Part shown: piece after piece, positions 51,190-64,000 of the stretch | Numbering within the stretch: position 1 is the first letter of the stretch | Layout of the letters: the number at the start of each line of letters is the position of its first letter | DNA from: Octopus vulgaris | Taxonomy: Eukaryota | NCBI GenBank assembly: GCA_951406725.2 | Contig: OX597832.1 | Span: forward strand, 68,324,001-68,388,000 | Length of the DNA: 64,000 nucleotides | Direction of reading: 5' to 3' | Position numbers and translations under genes: made by a program | The notes under the pieces: generated by a model | The model's input: only the letters and a program-made list of their open reading frames with translations | Databases searched by the model: none | Told to the model about the DNA's origin: nothing

Positions 51190-53207
51190 TATAAGAGTGA
51201 GATACGCGTATGTTTGTGTATGTGTTTGGTCGCTTATGTATATGTATATTGATGTTTATATATGTATATTTATATATGTATATATATATATATATATATA
51301 TCTATATATATATACATTCATATACATTTATATGCATAAATATACACCTAGGTATGCGTTTTTAGGTATATTTATCTTTTGCATATATCTATATACATGC
51401 ACATGCATATGTATATATGTGTGTGTGTGTGTGTGTGTGTGCCTGTTTGGAAGGATACCGTTTTCTATGTCTTGTATACATAATGGTCTGGCTTTGTCAT
51501 GTTCCAGAAGAAACATTTATCAAGTTGTGGGTAATATTTGAAGACTGAAAGAAAACAGTCTGCCTTCAAACGCCTTTAGTACAATTTTGATTTGCAGACT
51601 CCTCAGTAAAATGACGAATTGCATTTGTATTACACACACACACAAATGCATATACTTATTATATGTGCATGTGTGTGTATGTAGACATACAAACTCACAA
51701 ACACCTACATCTCACAAATGCAGACATACATATGTATGTCCACCCACACACACATACATGAATTAAAATGGTAACTAATTCAATATGGAAAAGATATTTT
51801 CTTATTTTAATCTTTGATTGAATAAATCACAGACAATTTATACTCATGTCAGCTTTCTGTTTTTGACATTTCACTATAAATATGGATCTTAAAATTATTA
51901 CTAGCATTACTGTTATCATTATCATCATCACTATCATCATTATTATTCTTATTCTTCTTCTTATTATTATTACTCACTATTTTTCTTTCTCATTTTCTGT
52001 TATCTCTTTCAAATGCGATTTTAATCAAAATTTTATTTAACATAACAGAAGATTACCGATAAGAATGAATTAACACTCATATTCTTTAACGAATGCCACT
52101 CATTGCCTCATTCTGTTTTTTTTATAGTTAATATTGAATGATAAGGAGATTTGTACAAATTACATTTATTCACATCTTCTTAATGATATACAGAATTATG
52201 TAATGTAATCTCTCTCTGCTCTACCTCTCTATGTTTATCAAAGAACTACTGAGTATTATTTCTCAGATTTTTTTTTCTGCCTTCCGGAATTCTGTCGCAT
52301 TTTAACTTCCCACACACTCACACCAGTAGACTTTTACATTATGCTTTTTCAAAAGAATCGATCACAAATATTTCAGTGACGTAGACATTGTTGGGTGGAT
52401 AACAAGTTTATTTTGGAACCACTCCACATGGTGAGGGGTTCAGTTCCACTGACTAAGCATTGTCGGCCGGTCATAATTTTTTGTGAGTGAAATTTTGTAG
52501 ACAGAAATAGACGTCTGTCATATACTGACATGCATTTCTATGTGTCTGTGAGTGAGTTCCAATTCCTCCACATTTCTGCGAGCACTTGCTGAATGCCAAA
52601 AAATGATCTGCCTTGCTATTGATGCAGTTGGTGCCACATGAGCACTATCAACAGCATAAGGATGTCTTGGTTCTTTTGCATGTGGAGTGCGAGTAAGTGG
52701 CTGAGCCCTCTACAGACACATGCATCCTTAACATAGTTCTCAGGGAGATTCAGCATGAAACAGAATGTGGCAAGGCTGGTACCTTTGAATTATTGGTACA
52801 ATCTCATTTTTACCAAATACAGTCACAAGGCTTGACATGTTGCATGATCTCTGTAAACAAAAAGACACATGTATTAACATTACGGCAGTATTAAAACCAA
52901 GTGAAACAGGGTTCAGTTAACAAGATATTCCCTGTAAAATCACTTGATGAGACGCTTATGCACTGAGAAATGCACCACAGCCAATTCTACAGTATGACAT
53001 ATGTGAAGGATTGATGCAGAATGGGTCAAAACGATTGTTGTGAGCAATAAAATTTTACATATATTCCATTTACCATCGCTTCAATGAACATTGAAGAATT
53101 CCTGAGGTACAGGGAGATCAAGCAACAATTGTGTAAATGCCATAAGCAGTGATCATGTTTCATCAGTTAACTACAAGCAACACCCAATACCTAAATAATT
53201 ATATATA

Positions 53208-54960
53208 TCATCATCATCGTTTAATGTCCATCTTCCATGCATGCATGGGTAGGACAGTTGACAGGAGCTGGACAGGTAGAAAAACTACCCTAGGTAGTCT
53301 GTTTTGGTAGGGATTTTGCAGCTGGATGCCCTTCCTAACACCAACCACTCTGCAGAGTGAAATCAGTGCTTTTTACGTGGCACTAACACGGGCAAAGTTA
53401 GTTTTGGCAAGATTTAATAGCTGGATGCCCTTCCAAACACCAACAACATTACAGTGTGGACTGGATGCTTTTAACATGGCACCAGCACTGGCAGGGTAAC
53501 CAAGTAACTTGCAAGACAAGGAATTATGAGAGAGGTGGGCATTTGTGTCAGAGGTTGAAGGTTAGAGTGTGACAGAGAGATAGAGAGACAAAAGCAGGTG
53601 TCTTGCCACAACAGAGGGGCCATTAGAAGAGGTGATCCAGTATCAAATGATGAAAGGTTAGAGTGTAACTGAGAAATAGAGAGGCAGAAATAGGTGTCTT
53701 GCTAAAGAGGAGGTACATGGTTACCCAGTAAGAGAGAGGGGATAGGGAGTGAGAGAGGTACAGAAAGAAGCCAGAAATAAGTGTACTAATCTAAAGGTGA
53801 TATTTGGTTACCTTGTCAGAGGAAAAATAACAGAAGGAATGAGAGAAGTATCAAAGGAAAAGAGAGAGAGAGAGAAGGAAACAACAAAAGTGTAAGAGAG
53901 AGAGCAGAAGAGAGATGGTGTAGTGCTAAGATATGCACACAAGTAACAAGAATATGAGCATAGAACCGGGTTAGAAAAATAGCGAGTGGTTGTGGGGAAC
54001 AGTGATACAGTGAAACTGGCAGTGAGGGTAAGAAAGGGAATTAGGAAACAATCATTATGCATGAGGAGGAAATGTGAGGAAGAGAAAGATGCAGTCAGAA
54101 GAGGAGTTGTAGTTTGATTTCCTAGGGTATCTTAAGATCAATGCTAACCACTTCATCCCATGTCTTTCTGGATCTCCCTCTTTCACCGGTACCATTCACT
54201 TTCAGCAACAGGCCCTTCTGTATACAGCTGCCTTCACTCATATGCATCACATGTCCAAACCAACACATTCTCCTCTCTTGCACACCATATTTAGTTTCTT
54301 TTATTCTTTTCTTTTCTCTCAACACAGTAGAGATCTGTCGGTCACGCACACTAATGTTGCAAATCCAATGGAGCATACTACCTTCATTTCTCTCCAGCCT
54401 ATACAATCAGAGCACATGTCTCACCTCCATGAAACATAGCTGTTCTCACACAAGCATCATAAAATCTACCTTTCACTCTCAGAGAACTCCTTTTCCTGCC
54501 AACAGAGGTAGTAGTTCTCTGAACTTCCTCCACACTATTCTTATTCTAGAAACAATACATTTAGAGCATCCACCACCATTACTGATTTCGTCACCTAAAT
54601 AGCAGAAACTGACTCCCACCCCAAGAGAGCCTCCAGGGCATTTCAGAGAGTTTAAGTCCCTTGTACTCTTAGTACTTGCTGTTCCTGTGCATTTGCCACA
54701 CACGAAAGCAACCTTATCTGATAATCTTCCCGTGATTTCACTGCATCTCTTATGCATCCATAGGTTACACTTGGTGCAGCTAATGGAATTACATCCCACT
54801 CCATCCCTACACATTGAATAGAGCCATTTTCTAGCCAGAATGAGAGTCTTATCTCCTTTCTCACTAACAACAACTTCAGTCTTAGCTAAGTTAACTTTAA
54901 GGCCCTTTGATTCCAGGCTTTACTTCCAAACCTGGAGCTTCTTCTCCAATGCTGCTTCAG
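53208..54960 (-). mobile_element. RTE-clade LINE 3' portion with Cys/His (PHD-like) insert
   Basis: GLESKGLKVNLAKTEV, CRDGVGCNSISCTKCNLWMHKRCS...FVCGKC, FCYLGD, WRKFRELLPLL, WFGHVMHM, RGRSRKTW; Meta-like motif and (GAT)n tail at 53208-53480. Confidence 0.85.
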
Positions 54961-54974
54961 ATTCTGCTACACAC

Positions 54975-56700
54975 ACATAACATATATAAGGTACTAGAAA
55001 AATATGGCAACCCATTCTCTCTCTACAGAGAAAATAACTGGAAGAGGTATCTGGATAACTGCTTCATTTTACGGAATGAAATTATAAAGGGACTTAAAGA
55101 ATTTCAAGCACTTCTAAATGGACTTGACACAATCATAATGGAATATAGCCATCAACAACTTCCATTCCTCAACATCCTGATTAAGAAATTCAACAACAAA
55201 ATAGAAACAGTTATATACTATAAGCCCATGAACTCCAAGCAATATCTGCCATTCAACTTATGCCGCCCCAGAATATCCCCTTCAACTTGGAAAAATGGAT
55301 TTGTACTATAATTTCTAATACAGACACCAGGGACACACGACTACATGAACTAAAGGATACACTCATTACCAAGAACTACCCACCATCACTAATTGATATA
55401 GGCTTTCAACGTGCTCTATAACTCAACATTCATGAACTCAGACATCCCAAACTAAAGAAGGATTTACAACCAAAAGCCCTATCATACATCTCCACGCACA
55501 ACCCCCTTAACAATGAAGCCTTCGACACCATCCTCCAGAACATTTATCTACTAAAAAGGGATCACAGAATGAATCTAGTCTTCCAAACGCACACTATCAC
55601 AAAGAGCAAAAGACAACCCAAGTCAATGAAAGGTCTCCTAACACAATCCCAAGTACAATCGTCAACAACATTGAAACTGTCAGTAATAAATGTAGAAGAC
55701 CTAATGGTATATGCATCAACCTAATTAAGGGACCGGAGTTATCCTTCAAATAAGGCCAACGTTTTACAATGGAAAACAACTTCACATTTGCTTCGGAGAA
55801 CCTAATATATGTATTAACTTGCTCAAGGTTTTGAGAGCAATACATAGGCCAAACAAAAAACAGTCTACGCTAAAGGATGACCCTTCATAGATTAAAATTC
55901 GGGAATATAGAAAAATAGCATTCAGCGAATACATTGATATTTGCGCCACTAAAGAACAACCAAACTTCAGAATTTTTCCCTTCTATAAATTCAGGGAGAA
56001 TGCAACGCATTGGGAGAGTCATATTTTATCACAAAATATAGACCCCTTTTGAATGCATCCAGCACAGATGACACTACTACAAGGGCCTTAGAATAATGTC
56101 CACACAAATATTAAAAACGATAGATTCAGAACAGTCTCTGCCCATGAATTTATTCAGAGCAATTCCAATCACTACCGTTATAACCACAACACGACCATTT
56201 TAGGTCACTTGACCATTTAAGAAGAATCTACCATCAGCTTACTCCTGTCATATCACTCCCGTCTTCTTCTCTTTCTTTCTCTTCTTTTCCTACTCCCTCT
56301 TCTTCTTCTTCTTCGCCGTCTACTTCCTCATCTACTGCTGCTTAAACAATCAAAACCCAGAACCAACATCCCTCATATTTCTTCAGATCTGCTAATACCT
56401 ACCTACCTACCTACCTACCTAACTACCTACCGACCCACCAAGCCTTCACAAAAGTAAAAGAAAGAGAATGAGAGAGAGGGAAAAAGAAAATGTCCCACGT
56501 ATTTGAAAACTATGAAAATACTTAACAAAAGCATTTCATTTAATTTTTCCACAATTTAATCATTTTTCATGCTTTACTCTAAGTTGAAAAAGTCACAAAA
56601 CTCGAAACCGGTCCCAAAATGTTCTTCATGATCAAATTATTTTAGCATTTTCTACCTTGACCGGTTTTCTTTGTGCATATCAACTCGTGTGTTACTTTTC
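54975..56700 (+). mobile_element. Penelope-like element (RT C-terminus + GIY-YIG endonuclease + pLTR), 5' truncated
   Basis: WKRYLDNCF, LPFLNILI, YYKPMNSKQYL, NYPPSLI, NLIYVLTC...QYIGQT (GIY-YIG), FITKYRPLLN; hammerhead remnant CTC-GAAAC-CG-GTC near 56601-56613. Confidence 0.85.
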
Positions 56701-56714
56701 AACCTTCTACCTAC

Positions 56715-56885
56715 CTACATACATACATACATACATACATACATGCATACATACATATATACATGCATACATATATACATACATACATACATACATACAT
56801 ACATACATACATACATACATACATACATACATACATACATACACACATACATACATACATACATGTATACATACACACACACATA
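56715..56885. repeat. (TACA)n microsatellite
   Basis: Direct reading. Confidence 0.95.
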
Positions 56886-57229
56886 TATATCAGACGTATG
56901 TGTGATTGAATAAATGAAAGAAAGTAGTACCTAGCGCATTGAGATGGAGTAACACTGTTTCATAAAAGATTGACTTCGTTCGACGTTACTGATGATGTCG
57001 ACGTCAAACTATTACACTTGAGTTGGTGTGTGTGTGTGCTCAACCGCATAGTACATATGTATATGTTTCTGTCACATATACATACATATATAAGTAAATG
57101 TATACGTATGTTTTTATGAGATTTCTGCGAATTTGATCAACTATTAATAGTATTTCCATTAAGAGAACTATTTCTCTATTTCTTTCCCATCTTTTCGGAG
57201 TTTAATTATCGTTAATATCATGATCATGA

Positions 57230-57371
<142 letters not shown>

Positions 57372-57697
57372 CACTCATACCTTCTCAAAATTACTAGCAT
57401 TCCATTTGAAGGATTTTTATACCACTGCTCTCGCTATGATTACACAAGGTATTACATGATGCTCTTAATTTGATATCTTCAAATTTGTTTATTACATATT
57501 TGTATATTTATATTTCTTTTCATGTTTTTTTTTCTTTTTTGTCTTCGTGGCATTAATTCTACGAAAGCTCCGATCACATTATTATATAATTAAGCTTGTT
57601 ATATTCCATATTGATCAGAAGGTAAGAAAATCCAAGATATCATAACCTAACTATTATCAATATTCAGTTAATAAGCTATTTCGTATATATATATGTG

Positions 57698-57756
<59 letters not shown>

Positions 57757-57814
57757 TTTTGTACATATATATATATGCATGTATGTATGTATTTTGTTTA
57801 CATATATGTGCATG

Positions 57815-57854
<40 letters not shown>

Positions 57855-58305
57855 CATATATATATATATATATACATAAATATATTATGCATATGTATTT
57901 AGATACGCTAAACACACACACGTATGTGTGCGTTTAACGTATTTATATATGTGCATGTATTATCCAACCCTATCGTAATGTCTTGAAAGTCTTCCTTATT
58001 TTTTGTAGTAAGATTTATCAAATCTCCATTTATTCAAAGGTTTCTTGCACAGTTCTCATCTTAGAATGAAGTTCTGCATGCTTGTACATGTGCGTGCATT
58101 AGATATATACATATGTTTGTGTGAGAGTGTTAGCGGGCAGGTATACACATCTACATTTACATGTATAAGCTTACATACTTATTATACATATGCATACATG
58201 CATATGTGTATATATATATATATATATATGTATAGATTCAGATGAATATGGCACTTAAGTTTAGGCACCAGAATTCAGTACGGTATTATCCATACAATTT
58301 TAATC

Positions 58306-58372
<67 letters not shown>

Positions 58373-59006
58373 ATATAAATTTGTAGTGCAATATATGGAT
58401 TCATGGAGTTATGTGGCTATCAGAGAAAGCTTATCTAGTAGATCCGGCTATCACACAACATAGTTAACACATTAAGCGCGACTGGCCACGATCATGGCAG
58501 TCAGGCACAAGTCGACAGGCTACGATCGTGGCCCTGATAGATGCATTTCATTAATGGGCGTTTGTTGGGGTCTAATGTCACGCAATTGCCCCGAACCCCC
58601 ACTCCCAGAATGCAAGACGACTAATTGTCCAACTGATGATGTAAAACTTGCCACCATTATATACTAAGAAGATATTTTAACTATGTTTGTGTTTTTTATG
58701 TGTGCATGGTAGTCTCATTTATATAAAATATGCTTAGCAGTCCATGTAAGTGCAAATCCCAGCGCTTTATGGGTTAACTAATATAGGGGAAAACAATGCA
58801 GATTTCTATGCTACTGAAATGCAGGAAATGTAACCGATTAAAGTATTTCATGAGGAATATATACTCCATAAAATGTCAGATGTTATGAGAATCGAATATA
58901 TATATTTAACCATTTGTTATCCTGAAGGTTATGTCCATTTTGCAGCCTTCATCGTGTAATAATGATTTTAGTACATAAAAAAAAAAAATTTTCATGTTTG
59001 CATTAA

Positions 59007-59609
59007 CCCTTCGTGGGCTGGCGGGGTCCCTTCGGAAATCAGCAGATTTTTAAAGTTATGCAAATTTTATATTTTTTATTTAAATGATTTTATATCTCGA
59101 CTTTTATTGCTAATAGTTTATGTATGCACATTTTGAGCTCAAAATGGCCAGTCATATGGATGTTAAAGCATAAATTATTGTCATTGGGGTCCAACTGGAC
59201 GCCATTAGCCTTCTGGGAAGTTATTCTTCTTTCTGTTCTTTTTGCCGATATTCTGATAGTCAATTTTCTTCGTATTTGTACTGGTACGAATCGATGTACT
59301 AAATAATTTTATATTTAGTGCTATATATAGAGTTTACAAAACTATAACGAATGTTGATTTCTTTCAATAAAGGTTTTTTTTTTCAGTCAATAAATTATAT
59401 TTTAATTCCCCTCCATTAAAAACTAATAATTACAAATATATACCTATAAGATGCTAAATTTCTTGTTCTGTATCATGTACTCACTCATATATATAAGATT
59501 AAACAAATATTACTTTACGGATAGTGTGGAAATGCACACAAATAGAAGTGTGTCCCTCGGAACCCCAATGGCCTTTTGTGTAATTCCAACCCTGCTGGCC
59601 CATGGAGGG
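59007..59609. mobile_element. piggyBac-type MITE
   Basis: TTAA TSD (59003-59006, 59610-59613); TIRs CCCTTCGTGGGCTGGCGGGGT / CCCTCCATGGGCCAGCAGGGT; internal GGGTCC...GGA(A/C) sub-repeats; non-coding. Confidence 0.8.
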
Positions 59610-59914
59610 TTAATATAGAGGCTGTTGACAATACAATTGTTTATTTAGAAATCAATGCAGATAAGGAAAGCAATTTTATCAGATCACTAGAATATCCTGG
59701 TTACACCAATGCATCAACATTCAATGTAAATTTGAAACGTTGAAATTTGCTCTGAATTGCTGGAAGAGTTTTGAAGCCATTGAAGATGGAGAAAGAGAGA
59801 CCAAAGAGGTAAAGAGAAACTGAAGAGAGGAAGGAGAGACTGAAGAGGGAGAAATAGAGACCGAAGAGAGGAAGGAGAGACCGAAGAGGAATGTAAAAAC
59901 TGTTTACACATTCA

Positions 59915-60320
59915 CCATTACAATATGCGACCACACACACCTTGGGTACCAAATCAGGCAATCGGAAAACTGAGCTGGTTAATAGTTGTCAATCCATTCT
60001 ACAGCCACGACTTTGTGCCTTCTGACTTCCACCTGTTTGGTCCAATGAAGGACACACTTCAAGGACGCTGATTAGACGACAAGGTGAAAGGAGCTGTGAA
60101 GAATTGACACAACAGTTGACACCTGAATGTTATTGAAGCGTCTCCAAGTGTTGAGTTCAGCGACAGAGCAAATACCATCGCTTGTGATCGGGACTATGTT
60201 ATTGAATAGCGGTTTTGTGTAGAAGAAGAGTTATTCTACCGGCATGCGCATTCTGGAACGTCCTGTATCAGTTAAAATAGTTATCTTTATATTTGCAATA
60301 CTTTAACGACAACTCTCATA
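59915..60320 (+). mobile_element. Mariner transposase 3' fragment
   Basis: PFYSHDFVPSDFHLFGPMKDTLQGR resembles the YSPDLAPSDFHLF motif. Confidence 0.7.
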
Positions 60321-61039
60321 GGGTCGCATGTGCGTGCATGCGTGAGCGTGTGTGAGTTTGTCAAACTTCCACCCACGCTTCCAAGATTCTTAAGAATATT
60401 CTACGTTTTATTTTAAAATTTGAAGAATAAACAAATGTTAATAATAATCGTGGGAGTTTCGGATTTTAGGGTGTTTAGCAGTTGAGAGTTATTGCATTGA
60501 AGAAATTTGCTTCGTAACAAGTAGTCACGGATTCGATCTGATTGCGTTGAATCTTGAGCAAAAGTTTTCTATCATAACCTTAGAATGGTCAATTATTTGT
60601 AAGTGAAACTGGAGAACGGAAACCAAGAAACATCTCTACATACACGCACGATGATGCGATTCTCTCAAGATTCGATAAGATATCCAGAAATTTCGTTGTT
60701 CAGAGAAACTAAAAGCATTGGTAGGATTCATTGATGAATGGTGCTGATGGGTTGGGTGTGATAGAGAGCGATAGATGGATGGACATGTGTCGGCTGAGGT
60801 CCGTGTCAACTAATGGAAATGGATAATGGTAATTGGCAGCGAAACTCTCATGATTAGTAACTAGTAAAACAATTAGCGTAGTGAGTTGGCAAGGTAAGGA
60901 GGGAATAAAAACTGGGGAGAAAATAATTAAGATTAGATTCGAAATTTAACAGAAAAGAAAGTGTGGAGACGGTGTGCAAGAGGGCGATTACATTAGTCTG
61001 TCTTACTCCGTTACTAAACTGATGCAAGAAAACGGTATT

Positions 61040-61080
<41 letters not shown>

Positions 61081-61289
61081 TTGTCACTGACTGCGTCAGC
61101 CTCATTCTCTTTATCTCTATCTTCCTTTCTCTTTCCCTCCCCCTCTCTCTCCCTCACATCGAACGTGAGTGATAGAAGGCATATCACATTCATATGGACA
61201 GAATATCTACATGAATTGCGCTTGCCTGATCATCAAAGTTAAATTAAACTGTTCAGTAATTAAAAGTTACGAGCGTTGTTCTGACTGAA

Positions 61290-61720
61290 ATGGAATCACA
61301 ATAGGCGAACGGAGAGTTCGCAGATGGCTGTAAAATTGAATATGCATTGGCATAGATTGAAGACTTGTCTTGTGAACAATGGAACTTTTGAATAGCGGAG
61401 AATGAATTGAGACTATTTCTTGAGACATTACTGAGAATCATGGTTATTTGTGCAACCTATCAGACACAGCTTTTCACAAATCATTTTCCTTTCGTTTCGT
61501 TCGTTTTGTTTCTTTCTATTGAATAGACAAGCAGATGATTATTCGGTGAACCACAAAGTAAAATCGTGTTTCTTAGATAGCTTTTGTTTACAGAAACCAT
61601 ATAACCAATTTATAGCAGTATTAACGCAATGCAATCAACACTTATTCTCCGATAAGCACATTGTGTTATGTTGGAACCTGCAGGACATATTCTATGATGA
61701 CGAGGAATAAAGGGAAGACA
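61290..61720 (+). mobile_element. Possible highly decayed mariner 5' fragment
   Basis: ITIGERRVRRW resembles the mariner HTH (ERTVRRW); HIVLCWNLQDIFYD resembles the WWN..GIIYYE region. Confidence 0.35.
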
Positions 61721-63790
61721 TCAATAGATGGGATTTTTATTGGAACCTTTGTAAATGCTTTATGATCATATCACACTCTTTATTACAGATATAAAAATAA
61801 CAAACACGTCCTCTTGTACCATTCTTCATTTTGAATACAATCTTTATAGTTATTTAATGAAATATCAGATAGCCCAAAATCAATCATTTATCGCCAATAA
61901 GCATAACAGTAATGAAAATGCGAAATGAACTAAAGTGGCTCGCATTTCACAAGAAATAAATATTTTTACTTTCTAATTATCATCAAAAGAAAAACTTTCC
62001 AAACATGGGCATCATGGGAAGAAATGGTTCAGCTCTTAAAAAGGAAGTGAACCATGCATAATTAACGCTAAATTCATTCCTTACTAAAATTTTGGGGTGT
62101 TAGTTTGAAAAGCTGCAAAAGGAAAACATTTCGTATCCATGACGACATTCTTGTAAAATAGCCTTGGCAGAACATTCACAATGTCCATCATGTAAGTTCC
62201 ATTGACGATATCCTTCAATTAAATTCCATTCTAAGTAGGATTTGTTTGACTCTGAAGAAGTTGGTTGGGGAGGCGTCGTTCGTGTTTTAGAGGGTGAACA
62301 TTATATGCCGCTGAGTTGGACATATGGAAACTGAAAGAAGCTCATAGTAAATATGTATGCGCGCACGATTATGCTTATGTGTGTGTGTGTGTGGTGGGGG
62401 AGTGTGTATATTTTACTTATCACGTGATAGTCGTAAACGAGCGTCACTGTCATACAAGCAGTATTTTTTGTTTCCAATCATCTGTAAATACATCTCTGGT
62501 CATAGGGGAAATACTACATTGCTTGGAAACAGGTTAGGACTTATTTTAGGAAAACACCTAACCATAGAAAATCTCTCTCAATGAAATGTGTCTAACCCAT
62601 GCAAGCACGGAAAAGTAGGCAGCAGCAAAATAATGACGCAAATATAATTTTCTTACGTAATATCTTTCTGTTGTTTAACCTCATCTCAGTACTAAATAAG
62701 CAGACAGACGAATAGGAGCATTCCAGCAACGAACATTCCCTTGTTCATGGGAATACATTGTCTAATGTAGACTTCTTTTCGTAAAATGATAACTCATAAT
62801 TTGAAAGGGATTTCGTCTCTATTTCTAGCAGATTCAAAGACAATGTAGAGATACTTCTTTGATTCGTCGAGGTCATATGAATACGAATGCGTACACACTA
62901 AATTGGTGCACACGAATTGGGTATAAACGAATTGGGTATACATATACACTAAACTGCTGCATACAAAGTGAACAGTTTTCAACTTGAGATATGCCACGAC
63001 GTTCTCTCAAGGTTTTACACTTGTGTGCGCCATTCCTGTTTCACAAGTTGCACACAAATACATGAAAGGTTTTCCAGAGGAAATCGAATATTTTAATGAA
63101 TAAAACACACAATCGTTCGCTTTGCTTAGATGGCCATTATAGTAGTTATACGTTGATTACTTGCATGGACGTGCACATCCTTTGCAAATAAAGATAACAT
63201 TGGCTCAAAAATTTATGCGCACACACACAATAAGATATAGAGGAAACCCTGATAAGCAGATCGCAAGATATGGGCGGGTTAAGAATGTTGGCATCAGGAG
63301 TATTTCAGTCGAGTTTTAAAAGGTTACCGTGTAAAATGTTTTATTATTCTGTTACACAGAGTTACTGAGAAAAAGTAAAAGGGAGAATAGAGTGAAAGTA
63401 GGGAGGGAAGTGGAGCATCCAATTCCTGACTGTGTCCTTCATGATTAAGATGACTAAAGGGAAGAGATGAAAGTCAGAGACGTTTGCATCGTATGTCTGA
63501 GCAACTGGCTGCAATTGATAGGGATTGCAAGACAACGTAGTAGGAGAGAGAAACAAGGTATGAGGGGGAGAAGTAACGAGAAATGAAAAATGAAGAGAAG
63601 TGAGTGAGATAAAATGGAGCGTGGAGAAGAGCTGAAGGATAAAATGGTATAAATTAAGTAAAAGTGGGAACAGAAGAAATAGAATGGAAATCATGTTTTT
63701 AAACTCAACAGCACCATGCTTCCGTGTTTGAATACGTTATATTGTTCCTTTCGTTTCGTCGAGTGAGCAGATCCAGGATGTGTAGAGATG

Positions 63791-63827
<37 letters not shown>

Positions 63828-64000
63828 GATAAAGAGGTAATGGAATACTGAAATGGTGCAGAACGACGTGCTGGCCCGACAAGTAACATATGTTATTATT
63901 TTTCAATTGGGAGGTGAAAACCAAGAAAGAGAATTTGTTCTACGCTAAAAACCAGGTTATTAAGTATAGAATCATTTTAAAAGATTGGGTGTCTCTGGGA

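Noticed and set aside
59785-59890. About 20-bp purine-rich tandem units, also 15-bp units at 62890-62950 and 48213-48270, considered as CRISPR-like
   Set aside because: No unique spacers, eukaryotic context and no cas genes; ordinary minisatellites or transposon terminal repeats.

Overview
AT-rich (microsatellite-dense) eukaryotic DNA that reads as a large intron or intergenic region of an invertebrate genome. The SINE repertoire and the (TA)n/(TG)n/(GATA)n density suggest an octopod cephalopod, which is inferred from pattern recognition and not from a database search. Nearly all listed ORFs are artefacts of simple repeats. Only one convincing host exon was found: 69 nt, minus strand, 13912-13980, coiled-coil-like peptide. 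The rest is decayed transposons: Tc1/mariner (several), a MULE fragment, a piggyBac-type MITE, LINE fragments of the Tx1/L1, RTE, R4/Dong and R2/NeSL types, a Penelope-like (RT + GIY-YIG) element, and several tRNA-derived SINE families. Three signals stand out. (1) A 1.66-kb ORF1-only (HAL1-like) retroposon with a perfect 20-bp TSD, inserted at the 5' edge of a hammerhead-like motif, whose 3' tail matches that of a Tx1-like LINE in the same window. (2) A tRNA-headed SINE-like unit carrying a minimal hammerhead ribozyme. (3) More than a dozen minimal hammerhead-like motifs, including a family with a non-canonical A6U core, often set in inverted duplications typical of Penelope-type insertion. 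All family calls come from motif reading by eye and boundaries are approximate unless a TSD or TIR is given.
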